Source: an uncultured cyanobacterium
GTDB taxonomy: Bacteria > Cyanobacteriota > Cyanobacteriia > CAKZMO01
DNA length: 64,000 bases
Reading direction: 5' to 3'
Assembly: GCA_963719515.1 (NCBI GenBank)
Contig: CAVRCJ010000010.1
Location: 576,001 to 640,000 of the forward strand
Each line of letters opens with the position of its first letter. Position 1 is the first letter of the stretch. The notes below the pieces were generated by a model. That model worked only from the letters and a program-made list of their open reading frames with translations. It was not told where the DNA came from and did not search any database. The position numbers and the translations under genes were made by a program. Shown here piece after piece: positions 39,301 through 46,854 of the stretch.

Positions 39301-39596
39301 CCTACCACCTGCTCAATGGCTTGCTCCTGATGCTGGTAGAGGGATCGAGTAGGGTTAAAAAGCTTACTTAGTTCGGGATGTAGTAACCCATCCTCTATTA
39401 AAGCTTGAATCGAACGGGTGGCTCGGTAGGGCTGTGCCCCTTCTAGGTAAGGCTGCTGGTAAACATTACCGGGTGCTTCAAGCAGCTTCCTGAACCCATG
39501 ACGAAGATGAGGATCGCGCAATGGGTAGGTGGTCAGCAAGTAGCGAATTAGATCCTCACGAGGTTGTCGCGCCGCCTCTACTGGATTCAGATACAT
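33330..39596 (-). CDS. Large DEAD/DEAH-box helicase with Zn ribbons, DUF1998 and C-terminal PLD-like domain (DruE-like defence helicase)
   Basis: Q motif LYQHQEQAI, Walker A TGTGSGKT, YPMNALVNDQ, DEAH, TSAT, STTLEMGVDIG, QRAGRAGRR, several CxxC pairs, and DUF1998 YDNVPGGAGYS...CGCSSSCYDCL. Confidence 0.93.
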   Translation of the reverse strand: MYLNPVEAARQPREDLIRYLLTTYPLRDPHLRHGFRKLLEAPGNVYQQPYLEGAQPYRATRSIQALIEDGLLHPELSKLFNPTRSLYQHQEQAIEQVVGEQQNIVVATGTGSGKTECFLIPMLDRLLKEHAPGVQALILYPMNALVNDQVKRLRQLLSQQSDDQELIRFGFYTSRTQTESAQALSALKEELQATEREELLKLLPEGQREAMKRGRLDDLIAAVVERVQRIQAISRKEIWENPPQILVTNYSMLEHMLIRPVEREQIFERSPNFKMLVVDEAHTYSGSTGTEVSMLLKRFKAAIGLKVKGQIRGIATSATLGDRNDAAAFDQITDFAEELFGEPFEQVIWGDRVTVAERLGDAYALPEGLAEEDLYELLYALELPALEDSLETWKDCLSYLAPYDVLQQAEQNAEGDAHQFLWFALKGHPIVHRLINLLSQGPKPWNWIARSPHLWILPTHLDGSLDAQEEAKAEQALAHLVQLGTLARLNPEDLPLLPVRLHLLFRSIEGLHACINSDCPSAVTDEQFKDRPRRYGKLFLSSKAECDACQAPVLELSSCRKCGQGYALAFQGHQKELLPVLRALEAAENSDRIYVLSSGALDSVTDDEGEEVTEDSENSENALIGSFLIKGNHTDGWLSGASNSIPEASSQAENAYRLHWHIPPKAKNLQGGYLTKCPACSAGRSQMSAIGRFASYTDAPLEVMLDSLFELLPETGEANGTFSQRKILTFSDGRQDASFFASDFQRTHTETLYRQLVWQAFEDVQDNGSASVTEVQEELIRRFLNVSIPHPDRQADFHHRSYVAKDPVNEETQNKRDCENRARSRAKELMLREFGLPSAKRFSIEALGLLACYIDWNDDPTLVADTARKFEIDEAEAKIFLAGLTNIIRSLGATDLEGASRYFPETGGVEGGQPARLSPQGRSKRYIKLRRDPNDSPNALGFLWRETNKGQPTKVQNQIVSFYLNFFNGNYPAEENLLWLFDELKHQGYLKGFGDGRQLNWELFSLYQTATDWYQCDSCQQIFHVPGLTEVRQFSELALDHCLASRCGGQLQPWGTASAKASTFEEHHYRHIIQNREIIPLRAQEHTAQLGTGELAHRESRFRQGKINLLSCSTTLEMGVDIGELQAVAMRNFPPHVSNYQQRAGRAGRRTDGVAISLMYGQRRPHDRYYFDQPAELINGCNQVPRLDTDNFQIQQRHLRAELLAKFLRSECETGAEHVKISAFLDLPDEESDDAFQAIATLSSSTLIVQFQEWLSSQAARQLLAPWLQSLDSSQTVEGTLDDFHRELDDFQAEQLKDWNGLAELLTTLKADILGETKAKVRRALEVKRDRIEDELRKIQKRQLHEELAKASILPIYGFPIDVVQLLTQDSRGQSYSSQGKHRLQRDRRMALAEYAPGQDIVVDDRVHTSVGILRPDNLNSRYYWVCPHCNFFESQAQEFQHDACPTCQEPVNGMEQGSRFYKVPKSFTTDWSVTPRVTPYLKPLRQPTSQVFLAQAGEQIDIVPHELYELKLSRGGEFFLANQGGRGFRNLGFAICESCGRDLSDDLPRAHVNRRKGQGRHTHPVTGKICVGWYQRVHLGHEFSSDLLKIRFTRRTNPPPLFEEVIHLNAGDTIQSDIDGSVVSSPSGGTGFWRSLTYALLAAAAQVIDVPRAELDGLFRPPDSEGSGTAEIVIYDNVPGGAGYSQRIAAQFEAILQRTYQLVESCGCSSSCYDCLRTYTNQAFHHELDRRPVAEYLRSLVAQVNPDPDLQAFAPDTNRMPLAAIAERLPGYCDNARAETILYLPEIVPPFNLALLTKLVRSLAKQNTQLHLIVSRLPEQGLSSKSEKLSPVEIQVLRKRLSQWIDQGLIMLSKIQSDMQPTLCISSQSSNRVALQMRLADTGEPTEWFQTRSQRGIDFVQQNLNALRCQASQISTKALDDPQTEAIFPEPNWGQMDLETLQRRLGFKAILAKEKIACVEYSDRYLDEVGAKVLAQLLKLGAPSNFPVQVHIQESYDEHKHRNRQRRSGVEAALGEYLDNCQLKMRPYLRRHSPYFPHRRELEISYQSGAICKVLLDKGMDFLEFASPNLYQVKESTYTVVTYSSSE

Positions 39597-39614
39597 GACT
39601 TCACTTCCTTATGA

Positions 39615-40550
39615 CTAAACCAGGACACAGCCCAACCGTTCGAGAGCAGCGTTTACCCGGGGTTGGTTTTGAGAATTAACTAAACGAAGTCGATTGTGGC
39701 CAGGCTCGGCTTCAGACAAGCGCCAAATCAGTTGGGCGTAGACCTTTGGTAAATAGGTATCGCTCAAATCCAACCGTCCAGACCTTGTATCTGAGGCGAT
39801 CCGAAGCGGTTGATTGACCTGCTGATCGAGCTTGAACATGGCCAGGTAAGCAGCATCTGGGGTGAGCTCAGAAAACTGTCCGTCCTGCAGCCACAAAAAC
39901 TCCCCCTCAGGGGTTCGTAGCAGGCTCAAACACGAAAGACTGGATAAGTGCTCTAGTCCCACAACAGGCTTCCATCGATTGTGTTGCGTTTCAGGGCAAG
40001 GTTGATACCCGTCGATGGAATCAAACCCTTGATAGGTAAAAAACGGATTCTCTAATCGTTCCTGCCCTCTCAAATTCCATGCAGCGGGCTTTTCTGGCAA
40101 AGGAAGTTGATCAATTGACTGATCGATGGTCAGGCACTTAATACCAGCTTTGGCGAGTTGTTCATAAATCTTTGAGAAGCTTTGCTTTTCGGGTCTCAGC
40201 AGGGTTCGAGAAACAGGCTGCCCAGTATTGAGCATCTGATGGGCCAATCTCAAGTAAGCCCGATCGCCCATGAATTTTAGACCAACTAAATTTTCTGGGC
40301 TCTCGACTACAACAGTGGGCTGAGCCATACAAACTCGTTTGCCAATGCCAAGCAAAACCTCTCCTTGAGCTTCTAAATTGTGCAATTCGTTATCAATTTT
40401 GGCTGGGGTTAGACCAGATTCAGCAAATAGGGGTGGCTCGCTATTTCTCAGGAGTCCCAACAGTTGAAACCGCGTCAATGCCTGCGGCAGATGCGGCCTA
40501 TTGAGAACCCGATGATGGCTCAAAATCTGGACAATCTGCTTGTTTAGCAT
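39615..40550 (-). CDS. Hypothetical protein (311 aa), middle gene of the putative defence operon
   Basis: Intact ORF, 9 bp after the upstream gene and 18 bp before the helicase ATG. No family recognised with confidence. Confidence 0.85.
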   Translation of the reverse strand: MLNKQIVQILSHHRVLNRPHLPQALTRFQLLGLLRNSEPPLFAESGLTPAKIDNELHNLEAQGEVLLGIGKRVCMAQPTVVVESPENLVGLKFMGDRAYLRLAHQMLNTGQPVSRTLLRPEKQSFSKIYEQLAKAGIKCLTIDQSIDQLPLPEKPAAWNLRGQERLENPFFTYQGFDSIDGYQPCPETQHNRWKPVVGLEHLSSLSCLSLLRTPEGEFLWLQDGQFSELTPDAAYLAMFKLDQQVNQPLRIASDTRSGRLDLSDTYLPKVYAQLIWRLSEAEPGHNRLRLVNSQNQPRVNAALERLGCVLV

Positions 40551-40559
40551 GGGTGATAG

Positions 40560-42944
40560 TTATCGAGGAATTAGATTAATTTTTTGGCGAAGTCTCTCTT
40601 CAAATGATAAGCACATACTTTTAAGAATAGGCTCATACTTTTGGTCGCCAAGCCTGACGATTACAAATTCCGGAAGAGACCTATCATAAGAAATCGAGAC
40701 CACTCCAGCTAATCCCTCTGCCTGAATTTGCGAGGTCATCAACTGCTGCAACTGCTTTGCCTTGCTTCTGCCTATCTCGATCCAGTAAACCAATGCCTTG
40801 GCAGGTGGATCATCTATAGGAGGTGAGAGAGATTTCACTGGAGGTGAGTTTTCAGGCTGGTCTAGAGACCAATGTTCCTTGTCAAGATTAAAAGACAACA
40901 ATTGGCAGTCCTTTCCCTCGCGAAGCCATGCAAGAGAGTAACGATCTGTCTCTGCCAGAACATCCCTGAATGAAGCTAGATTAATTACCACGTTACCCAA
41001 TCCATCGGCCTTCCTCAAAATGCTTATCTTATCTTCTCCATTGGTCAGCTCAAAGCTGGCTTCTTCTAGAGGCCAAAGTCCTTTGATGGTAAGTTCTTCG
41101 AGCCAAAAATCTTGGTTTTCTGGACAACCTACTGGAAAATCTTGAATCAAAATTTTCTGCCGATCGAGTATGTTGATGTCTTGCGTAGATGAGAAGTGGC
41201 TGAGCTGAAAATCTTCATGAATCTGAAATTTTTCTGCCCACTGCGTATTGCTATTCCATAGCTGAAGATTATAAGTGCCAGAGGTTTGAATCCATTGACG
41301 TAAATTTACCTCCTGCCAGCCTGTACTAGCCGCGATAGTAATTTGCTCATTGGGTTGGGTAATGGCTACACGTCTCGTCAGATCTTCTATTAGTATGTTT
41401 AGAGTCTCAGCAAGAATCTCTGGAGGATGCCAGAGAGTAGGGGTCCCGAGAAAACTGACGTTATGACTTTTTAGATGAATTCCTTGTAATTTTGGTTGCA
41501 GGCACCTATTTCTATCCCAAGATATTTTTTGAACAAGGCTACCCAACCGCAAGGTAATATCCGCACTGCTTCCCCTACGTTGTATAAGATGACCTCGCCA
41601 ATTATGGAGGCTACAAGGCACAAAACTGTCAATTAGTTCTATGTTTTCTCCATAGTATCTTTCTACTTCGTTAGGGGTAAATAGAATTATTTCGGAAGAA
41701 ATTTGAAGCTGTTCGGGCGATCTCAATTCTCCTGTATCAGCACCAAAGACTAAGCAAATCTGCTCAGATTTGATGCCAAGATGATGCCATTCGAGCAAGG
41801 CAGTGTTTTTGTGAGACCGTAACCGCCAAGTCCACTGTTCGGCAGATTCTGTAATAGTCTGACGTAGTTTAGGGATTTTAATAACACCAGAACGTATGTT
41901 AATCGCCCCTTCCCAGTTTCCTTCAGGAACCGTACAGTAATCTGCCTGTAGTTGCTTCCACTCCTTCCGATAAATTTCTTGTTCTGGAAGCACTAGCTGA
42001 ATGTCAAAAGAGTCAGTAATATCTAGCAGAAGAGATAAAGGTTTCCTGCGCTGACTAATAATAGATGAACTGGAGGTTTTCTTTCTACGAGGAGTCAGAA
42101 CGTTGATAAGACTATCCCAGCTACGGAGAAAGAACGTATTAGGGAGTGAATAGTTCTGAAGAACTCGTGTTCGCTGGATTTCATCACGAAGAATCTCTGG
42201 AGATTCGCCCCGACGCTCAAGTTCATGAGCAACGGTAGCCAAGCCTTGCAGCAAAGTGCCAGAAATTGGGTCGGCTTCTTCTTCATCGTCTTCAAGACAG
42301 CTGCTTCTCAGGAAAGTTAGCAAACGGCCCCTATTAGGAAACTTATGCTGACACACATCACAAAGCAACTGAGCTAAGTCAACTGGATCTGCGTGGGCTA
42401 TATCCCACCAGTCATAATTCAAAGCCTGAAGTAAGTCTGCGAAATGCCTCAAGCTCTGACAAGGAATTCCACTTTGCAACCAGAGGCTAGACACGTAACG
42501 ATTAGCTTTGCTAGAGCTAACTAAACCTAACTCTTCAATACCTTGCCAGGCAATTTGTTGTAGAGCATGAGTAGTTCCTTGGCCACAATGGATATCTAAC
42601 CGATCGCAAAGCCCCTGCCAATAACCATGCTTCCCGTCATCATAGTATGCATACTCTGAGAGAGCAAAGGTTACGATTTTAACCCAACTCGTCTCATGTT
42701 TTCCAAAATAGTTGCGTAGTCGAGTTAATGTTATAGACTCTAATCTTCTAAGATTTTCGCTGACAATATCTAATATCTCTTCTGTGGAATCTCTTTCAAT
42801 TTGAACACTGCCAAGAAAACGTTGGCCTGGCGGCAGCTCTTGGTAGTCCCAATGGTTTTGAATTTTCTCCCAAAATTGTTTGGCAATGGCCCTATCCGAG
42901 AGATTGATGAAAGGTCTTGCTGCGACAGAGGTAGAAAGAGTCAT
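40560..42944 (-). CDS. Hypothetical protein (794 aa), first gene of the putative defence operon; possibly DruH/DruF-like
   Basis: Long intact, visibly AT-rich ORF. Helical N-terminus with YWQGL...YVSSLWLQSGIP, and a Trp-rich, beta-strand-like C-terminal half. Confidence 0.85.
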   Translation of the reverse strand: MTLSTSVAARPFINLSDRAIAKQFWEKIQNHWDYQELPPGQRFLGSVQIERDSTEEILDIVSENLRRLESITLTRLRNYFGKHETSWVKIVTFALSEYAYYDDGKHGYWQGLCDRLDIHCGQGTTHALQQIAWQGIEELGLVSSSKANRYVSSLWLQSGIPCQSLRHFADLLQALNYDWWDIAHADPVDLAQLLCDVCQHKFPNRGRLLTFLRSSCLEDDEEEADPISGTLLQGLATVAHELERRGESPEILRDEIQRTRVLQNYSLPNTFFLRSWDSLINVLTPRRKKTSSSSIISQRRKPLSLLLDITDSFDIQLVLPEQEIYRKEWKQLQADYCTVPEGNWEGAINIRSGVIKIPKLRQTITESAEQWTWRLRSHKNTALLEWHHLGIKSEQICLVFGADTGELRSPEQLQISSEIILFTPNEVERYYGENIELIDSFVPCSLHNWRGHLIQRRGSSADITLRLGSLVQKISWDRNRCLQPKLQGIHLKSHNVSFLGTPTLWHPPEILAETLNILIEDLTRRVAITQPNEQITIAASTGWQEVNLRQWIQTSGTYNLQLWNSNTQWAEKFQIHEDFQLSHFSSTQDINILDRQKILIQDFPVGCPENQDFWLEELTIKGLWPLEEASFELTNGEDKISILRKADGLGNVVINLASFRDVLAETDRYSLAWLREGKDCQLLSFNLDKEHWSLDQPENSPPVKSLSPPIDDPPAKALVYWIEIGRSKAKQLQQLMTSQIQAEGLAGVVSISYDRSLPEFVIVRLGDQKYEPILKSMCLSFEERLRQKINLIPR

Positions 42945-43147
42945 GGTGGTAATCCAAAAAAAATGCTGGCCGGCGACTCCATAGCAAAACCAGAGGCTCT
43001 ATCGGTTGCTTCATTCTATTGTAATGATGCCCGGTGGCTTCAAAGAAATCGCAAGATTGAGATCTTCATGCTGAAAATATCTCAAGGCTTTATTAATCAA
43101 GATTTTTTGAAGCTTTGGTCAGCTTTCCAGTCAGCACTTCCTTTTTA

Positions 43148-44324
43148 TTAGCCAGGGTCGGAGTACAAATTTACTTGCTGTTGAACGGCCTGTCGGTGCT
43201 GTTCAACAAAGGACCCTGGCGATCGCACCTGCGCTTGGCCCATAAATCGATAGACCCAAAAGCTGAATCCTCTCAACGATCGGGACGGCAGCTTCACCAC
43301 ATAGTCCACATACTCAGTTTTGCGATTGAGATGGCCAGGGGGATGGGGCTCAATCTTCTAGGTGGGTGACGTAGAGGGCCTTGAGTGACAAACCCCATCA
43401 CCTTTGGGAAAACCTCAATCCTGACCTTAATCAGCTCCAGTTGACCTGATATTTCTTACTGTTGCGCCTCGGGATCGCCGAGAAATAGCCCCCACCCGTT
43501 TTCTAACAGCTCGTGTGCTAGCCTCAGGTTCCGACGCTGGATGGTCAGACTGCGGCCTCGGGGGTCAAGGATAGTGCATCGGTCTTCTAACCGGTCAATG
43601 CGCGAAATGGCTAGGTGGCCATTGTCACAGGTCTGATAAGTGCGATACCAGGCGATGTCATAGTAGAGCAACTGGAGAGGCCAGACATCAAAGGACTCAG
43701 CCCTATTTCAAACCAGGGGCTAGGCTTGCGGTGCAGCCGGATTCTCTGGCCTTTAGTGATGGCAGATTTAACGGTATCCAAGCAATCGAAGAGATTGCGA
43801 TCGCCAAAGGCCTCAGCAATCTTAACTGGGTCAGTTTCGACAATGGAGCGGTTAAGCTGTGCTCGCACCGGGTCAAACAACTGCTCTTTAGATTCAATTC
43901 CTTTCAGACGGCGGATAAGACGGTTGTAGAGTTCCTAAGGTTGCACGTCTCGCTGGTACTCGGCCTGAGAGTGGAGGACGTTGAGGGCAGCCGTTAGCTC
44001 TTGTTCGCCCATGACCCCAGTGCCTAGATAATAGCCCCAACAGTACATCTGTTTTACAAAAATGCCCATGGACCGCAGAAATGCTAGGTCTTTATAAATG
44101 CTGTGGCTGGAACACTTGATCATGCCACTTTCTTCCTGAGCAACCGCTAGCAGATAGGTTTGTACCTCTTCAAGGGCGTTGTGATGCTTATCGGGGTGTT
44201 CAGACTTCTCTAGGGGCTCTACACCAGGGTGTCGCAGCAGCGTGGCAATCAAGAGCATTAACCGTGCGAAGGCACCGTCATTAAAGTACTTAGACTGTGG
44301 CGACTGCGACTGTTTTGGGGGCAT
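43148..44324 (-). pseudogene. WYL-domain transcriptional regulator, frameshifted
   Basis: Consecutive fragments in different frames: FARLMLLIATLLRHPG...SIYKDLAFLR...GYYLGTG (wHTH); PVRAQLNRSIVETDP; VWPLQLLYYDIAWY...HLAISRIDRL...GWGLFLG (WYL); an internal TAA at 43456-43458; and VDYVVKLPSRSL...WVYRFMGQAQVRSP (WCX-like) ending in TAA at 43148. Confidence 0.85.
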
Positions 44325-44408
44325 GCTGTTGTCGTTTGCTCTAAAGCTAGTATTTGAACATTAGCCTAGTCAGGCTACATAACAACCAATCTTTAGAGTC
44401 CATGAGCA

Positions 44409-44446
44409 ATCTCTCTTCCCGTAAAATAGTTTGTGGGAAGAGAGAT
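44409..44446 (-). terminator. Stem-loop downstream of the YHS gene
   Basis: 12-bp stem ATCTCTCTTCCC / GGGAAGAGAGAT with a 14-nt loop, 23 bp past the YHS stop. The U-tract is weak. Confidence 0.55.
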
Positions 44447-44469
44447 CGCCAGCCCCTTACTTCCAAAAC

Positions 44470-44982
44470 CTACTGCTCCAAAATTCCAGGCCACTTCTCA
44501 TTAGCCAGCGAAATGAACCCCGGAATATCCTTCTCCCAACGCGCCTGAATGTCACTACTAAAATTCAGATACAGCTTCCCATCCACAATCGACCAGGCCG
44601 TCGGGTCAATCGGAGCCAAGTTATCTTGGCTAATGGCCCAGGCACAATAGCCGCCATACTGAGGCGCATACTGCTCCGGGTTAGCTGCAAACAAATCTTT
44701 ATTCTCAGCGCTAGAGAACTGCCAGGTTGCCCCCTTCCAGTCATACTCGTGGGCGCTGCTGCCGAGAACAGACTGCCCTTGAGTGAAGTAGGCCACGGGG
44801 TCAGCCCCTTTAATCGCAATGCCGTCTTCAGCGTAGGTTTCCGCCTTCGCGCCAGCCGTGCTTTGCGCCGCGATCGCCAGCGGGTTGAAGCTGCCGCCGG
44901 TGACAGAGCTGTAGGTGGCGGTGACTGCCCCCAAGCCCACGACTGAGGCAGCGGCAATAGCGATCCATTTGCGATTGGTCAT
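44470..44982 (-). CDS. Secreted YHS-domain protein
   Basis: Signal peptide (MTNRKWIAIAAASVVGLG), AIKGADPVAYF, ATWQFSSAENKDLFAANPEQYAPQYGGYCAWA and IVDGKLYLN. Start taken at the ATG at 44982. Confidence 0.9.
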   Translation of the reverse strand: MTNRKWIAIAAASVVGLGAVTATYSSVTGGSFNPLAIAAQSTAGAKAETYAEDGIAIKGADPVAYFTQGQSVLGSSAHEYDWKGATWQFSSAENKDLFAANPEQYAPQYGGYCAWAISQDNLAPIDPTAWSIVDGKLYLNFSSDIQARWEKDIPGFISLANEKWPGILEQ

Positions 44983-45108
44983 GAGGGTCGTCCTTCCGCG
45001 GAGTAGGTTGTCGTTCTGGTAACTTTCGCTATAGTCGCCTTCCGAGCTGAACCTGCTCTGATCCACAGCTGAGAGCAAAATAAATTTGCTGCAGCGGCCT
45101 TGATCGAT

Positions 45109-46707
45109 CTACTGGGGTTGGGGCCGTAAAAACGTCGGCAGGTCGATAATACGACGGCCCTCTTGAAGGGGTTTTTGGCGATCGCGTTCTGGCTCTGAGA
45201 CGAGCTGAGGAGACGGCCAGCCCGCCTGCGGTGAGCTGAGCGGAGTCTCTTGAGGGGTTAGCGGCGCGGGCTGGCCTGCAGCGTCCTCCGCTGCTGGTTC
45301 GGTAAAGGACGCTCGCGCTGGGCTAGAAGGCGGCTCCGGCAAAGTGGGCGCCGAGGCTGTAGCGTTTGCCTGAGGCAGCTTTGGGCCTTGAGCGCTGGCA
45401 GCGTCAGCCTCTGAGGGCCGCAGCTGACTGGCGATCGCCTTTGCCCCCTGAATTACGACGTCGAAGATTGTGTCTACTCCCTCGGCGGGGCTGCGAAGCT
45501 TTGCGGCCTTCGGAGAGAGAGAACTGTTGATTGGCGGTGGGGTGAATGGCTGAGAGGCCTCGGCAGCGGGGGAAGTCGCCTGAGTCGGGGTATCTAGAGC
45601 GCCGACCCTCTGGACTAAGTCTGACCAAAAAGCATCTTCGGCTGACGCGGCAGGGGACTGGGCGCTCTTGGCGTTGGCGTTAAGGGGACTCTCCTCAGCT
45701 GCTGGTGCTGACATCTGAGCTGAAGCATAGATTGAGGCACTAGGCGGGGGATTGGGAACGGGGGCGCTGCTGACAATAGCGTCGGGGGTCGCCGGACTTT
45801 CCTGAGGCTGATGAGCCAGGGTAAACAGCGTGGTTTTGAACCGAGACATTTGGGGAACCTGGGGCTCTGGCTTGAGCGGCTTGATCGCCCCCATAGGCAT
45901 GCCAACGGCGCTAACGGAGGGTTGGGCGGAATTGGCCCGGTGGGCCGACGAACGCGCCTGGGCCGACCAGGTCGGGATGCCGCCTGTCTTGGGCAAAAGC
46001 GGCGAAACTAAAGCGGTGAGGTCATCTTCTAAGGTTGACGCGGCCTGAGCGCTACTGGCCTGAGCGCTACTGGCCTGAGCGCTACTGGCTTCAATGACCT
46101 CAGGCGTCACGTAACTCGGCGGCGGCACCTCCAGACATTTGTCTAGGGCCGTCTTAAACTGAAGCGTATAGCGCTGCTGCCGCTGCAGTCGCTGCTGCAG
46201 CTCCTCGCAGCGTAGCTCAAGATGCTCGATACGGTTCGATTGAGTCCGACAGCGCTTTTGAAAGGCCTGACTGTCTTGCTCTAGCTGCAGCAGCTGCACC
46301 CGGTCAGAATTAACCTGCTGAGCCAGACTCTCGATGCGGATGGCCTGCCGCTGGTTTGCCTGTTGGGCGAACTCTAGCTGATTGAGCAGGTAGGCCACCT
46401 GGGCCTCTGCTGGCGCGCCGTTGGGCAAGGATATTGGCGATGGGGCTTGAGCTTGCCCTGCAGCTAGTTCCTCTTTGAGGTCTTCCACCTGGCTCGAGAG
46501 AAGATGGTTTTGCTGGGTCAGATCCTGCACCAGGTTAATTAATGCGTCTGTTCCTTGCCCTCCCGTTTCTGCATTCTGACTGTTGCCACCATCCCCCTCT
46601 GAGCCCTGACGGCCCTTCCGGTACTGACTTTGCCGTTTGCTGGCACCAGCGCTGATTGCGTTTGGGAAATTAACGCGATCGCCTGAGGGGGGGGTGGATT
46701 CGTTCAT
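45109..46707 (-). CDS. Hypothetical protein: coiled-coil N-half, Pro/Ser/Ala-rich C-half
   Basis: LQQRLQRQQRYTLQFKTALDKCLE coiled-coil block and an IIDLPTF C-terminal motif; 532-aa intact ORF. Confidence 0.8.
   Translation of the reverse strand: MNESTPPSGDRVNFPNAISAGASKRQSQYRKGRQGSEGDGGNSQNAETGGQGTDALINLVQDLTQQNHLLSSQVEDLKEELAAGQAQAPSPISLPNGAPAEAQVAYLLNQLEFAQQANQRQAIRIESLAQQVNSDRVQLLQLEQDSQAFQKRCRTQSNRIEHLELRCEELQQRLQRQQRYTLQFKTALDKCLEVPPPSYVTPEVIEASSAQASSAQASSAQAASTLEDDLTALVSPLLPKTGGIPTWSAQARSSAHRANSAQPSVSAVGMPMGAIKPLKPEPQVPQMSRFKTTLFTLAHQPQESPATPDAIVSSAPVPNPPPSASIYASAQMSAPAAEESPLNANAKSAQSPAASAEDAFWSDLVQRVGALDTPTQATSPAAEASQPFTPPPINSSLSPKAAKLRSPAEGVDTIFDVVIQGAKAIASQLRPSEADAASAQGPKLPQANATASAPTLPEPPSSPARASFTEPAAEDAAGQPAPLTPQETPLSSPQAGWPSPQLVSEPERDRQKPLQEGRRIIDLPTFLRPQPQ
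46042..46089. repeat. 15-bp tandem repeat x3 (encodes SSAQA)
   Basis: GGCCTGAGCGCTACT repeated exactly three times. Confidence 0.95.
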
Positions 46708-46854
46708 AGAAGTGCGGATGAGGTAAGGAACGTCTAGGTCAAGGGGGGCGCTGAGTGACGGAGTAATACTGACTATGTGTTATCACAGTTGCTCGCTAGC
46801 GTCCTCTTAGATAATACAAAACTCTAGATTTTGGCGATTTTTGGCGGGCGATTT

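Noticed and set aside
33330..42944. Calling the operon DISARM or a named Druantia type
   Set aside because: There is no methyltransferase, SNF2 helicase or separate DrmB/DrmC gene, and the accessory proteins cannot be assigned without HMM searches.
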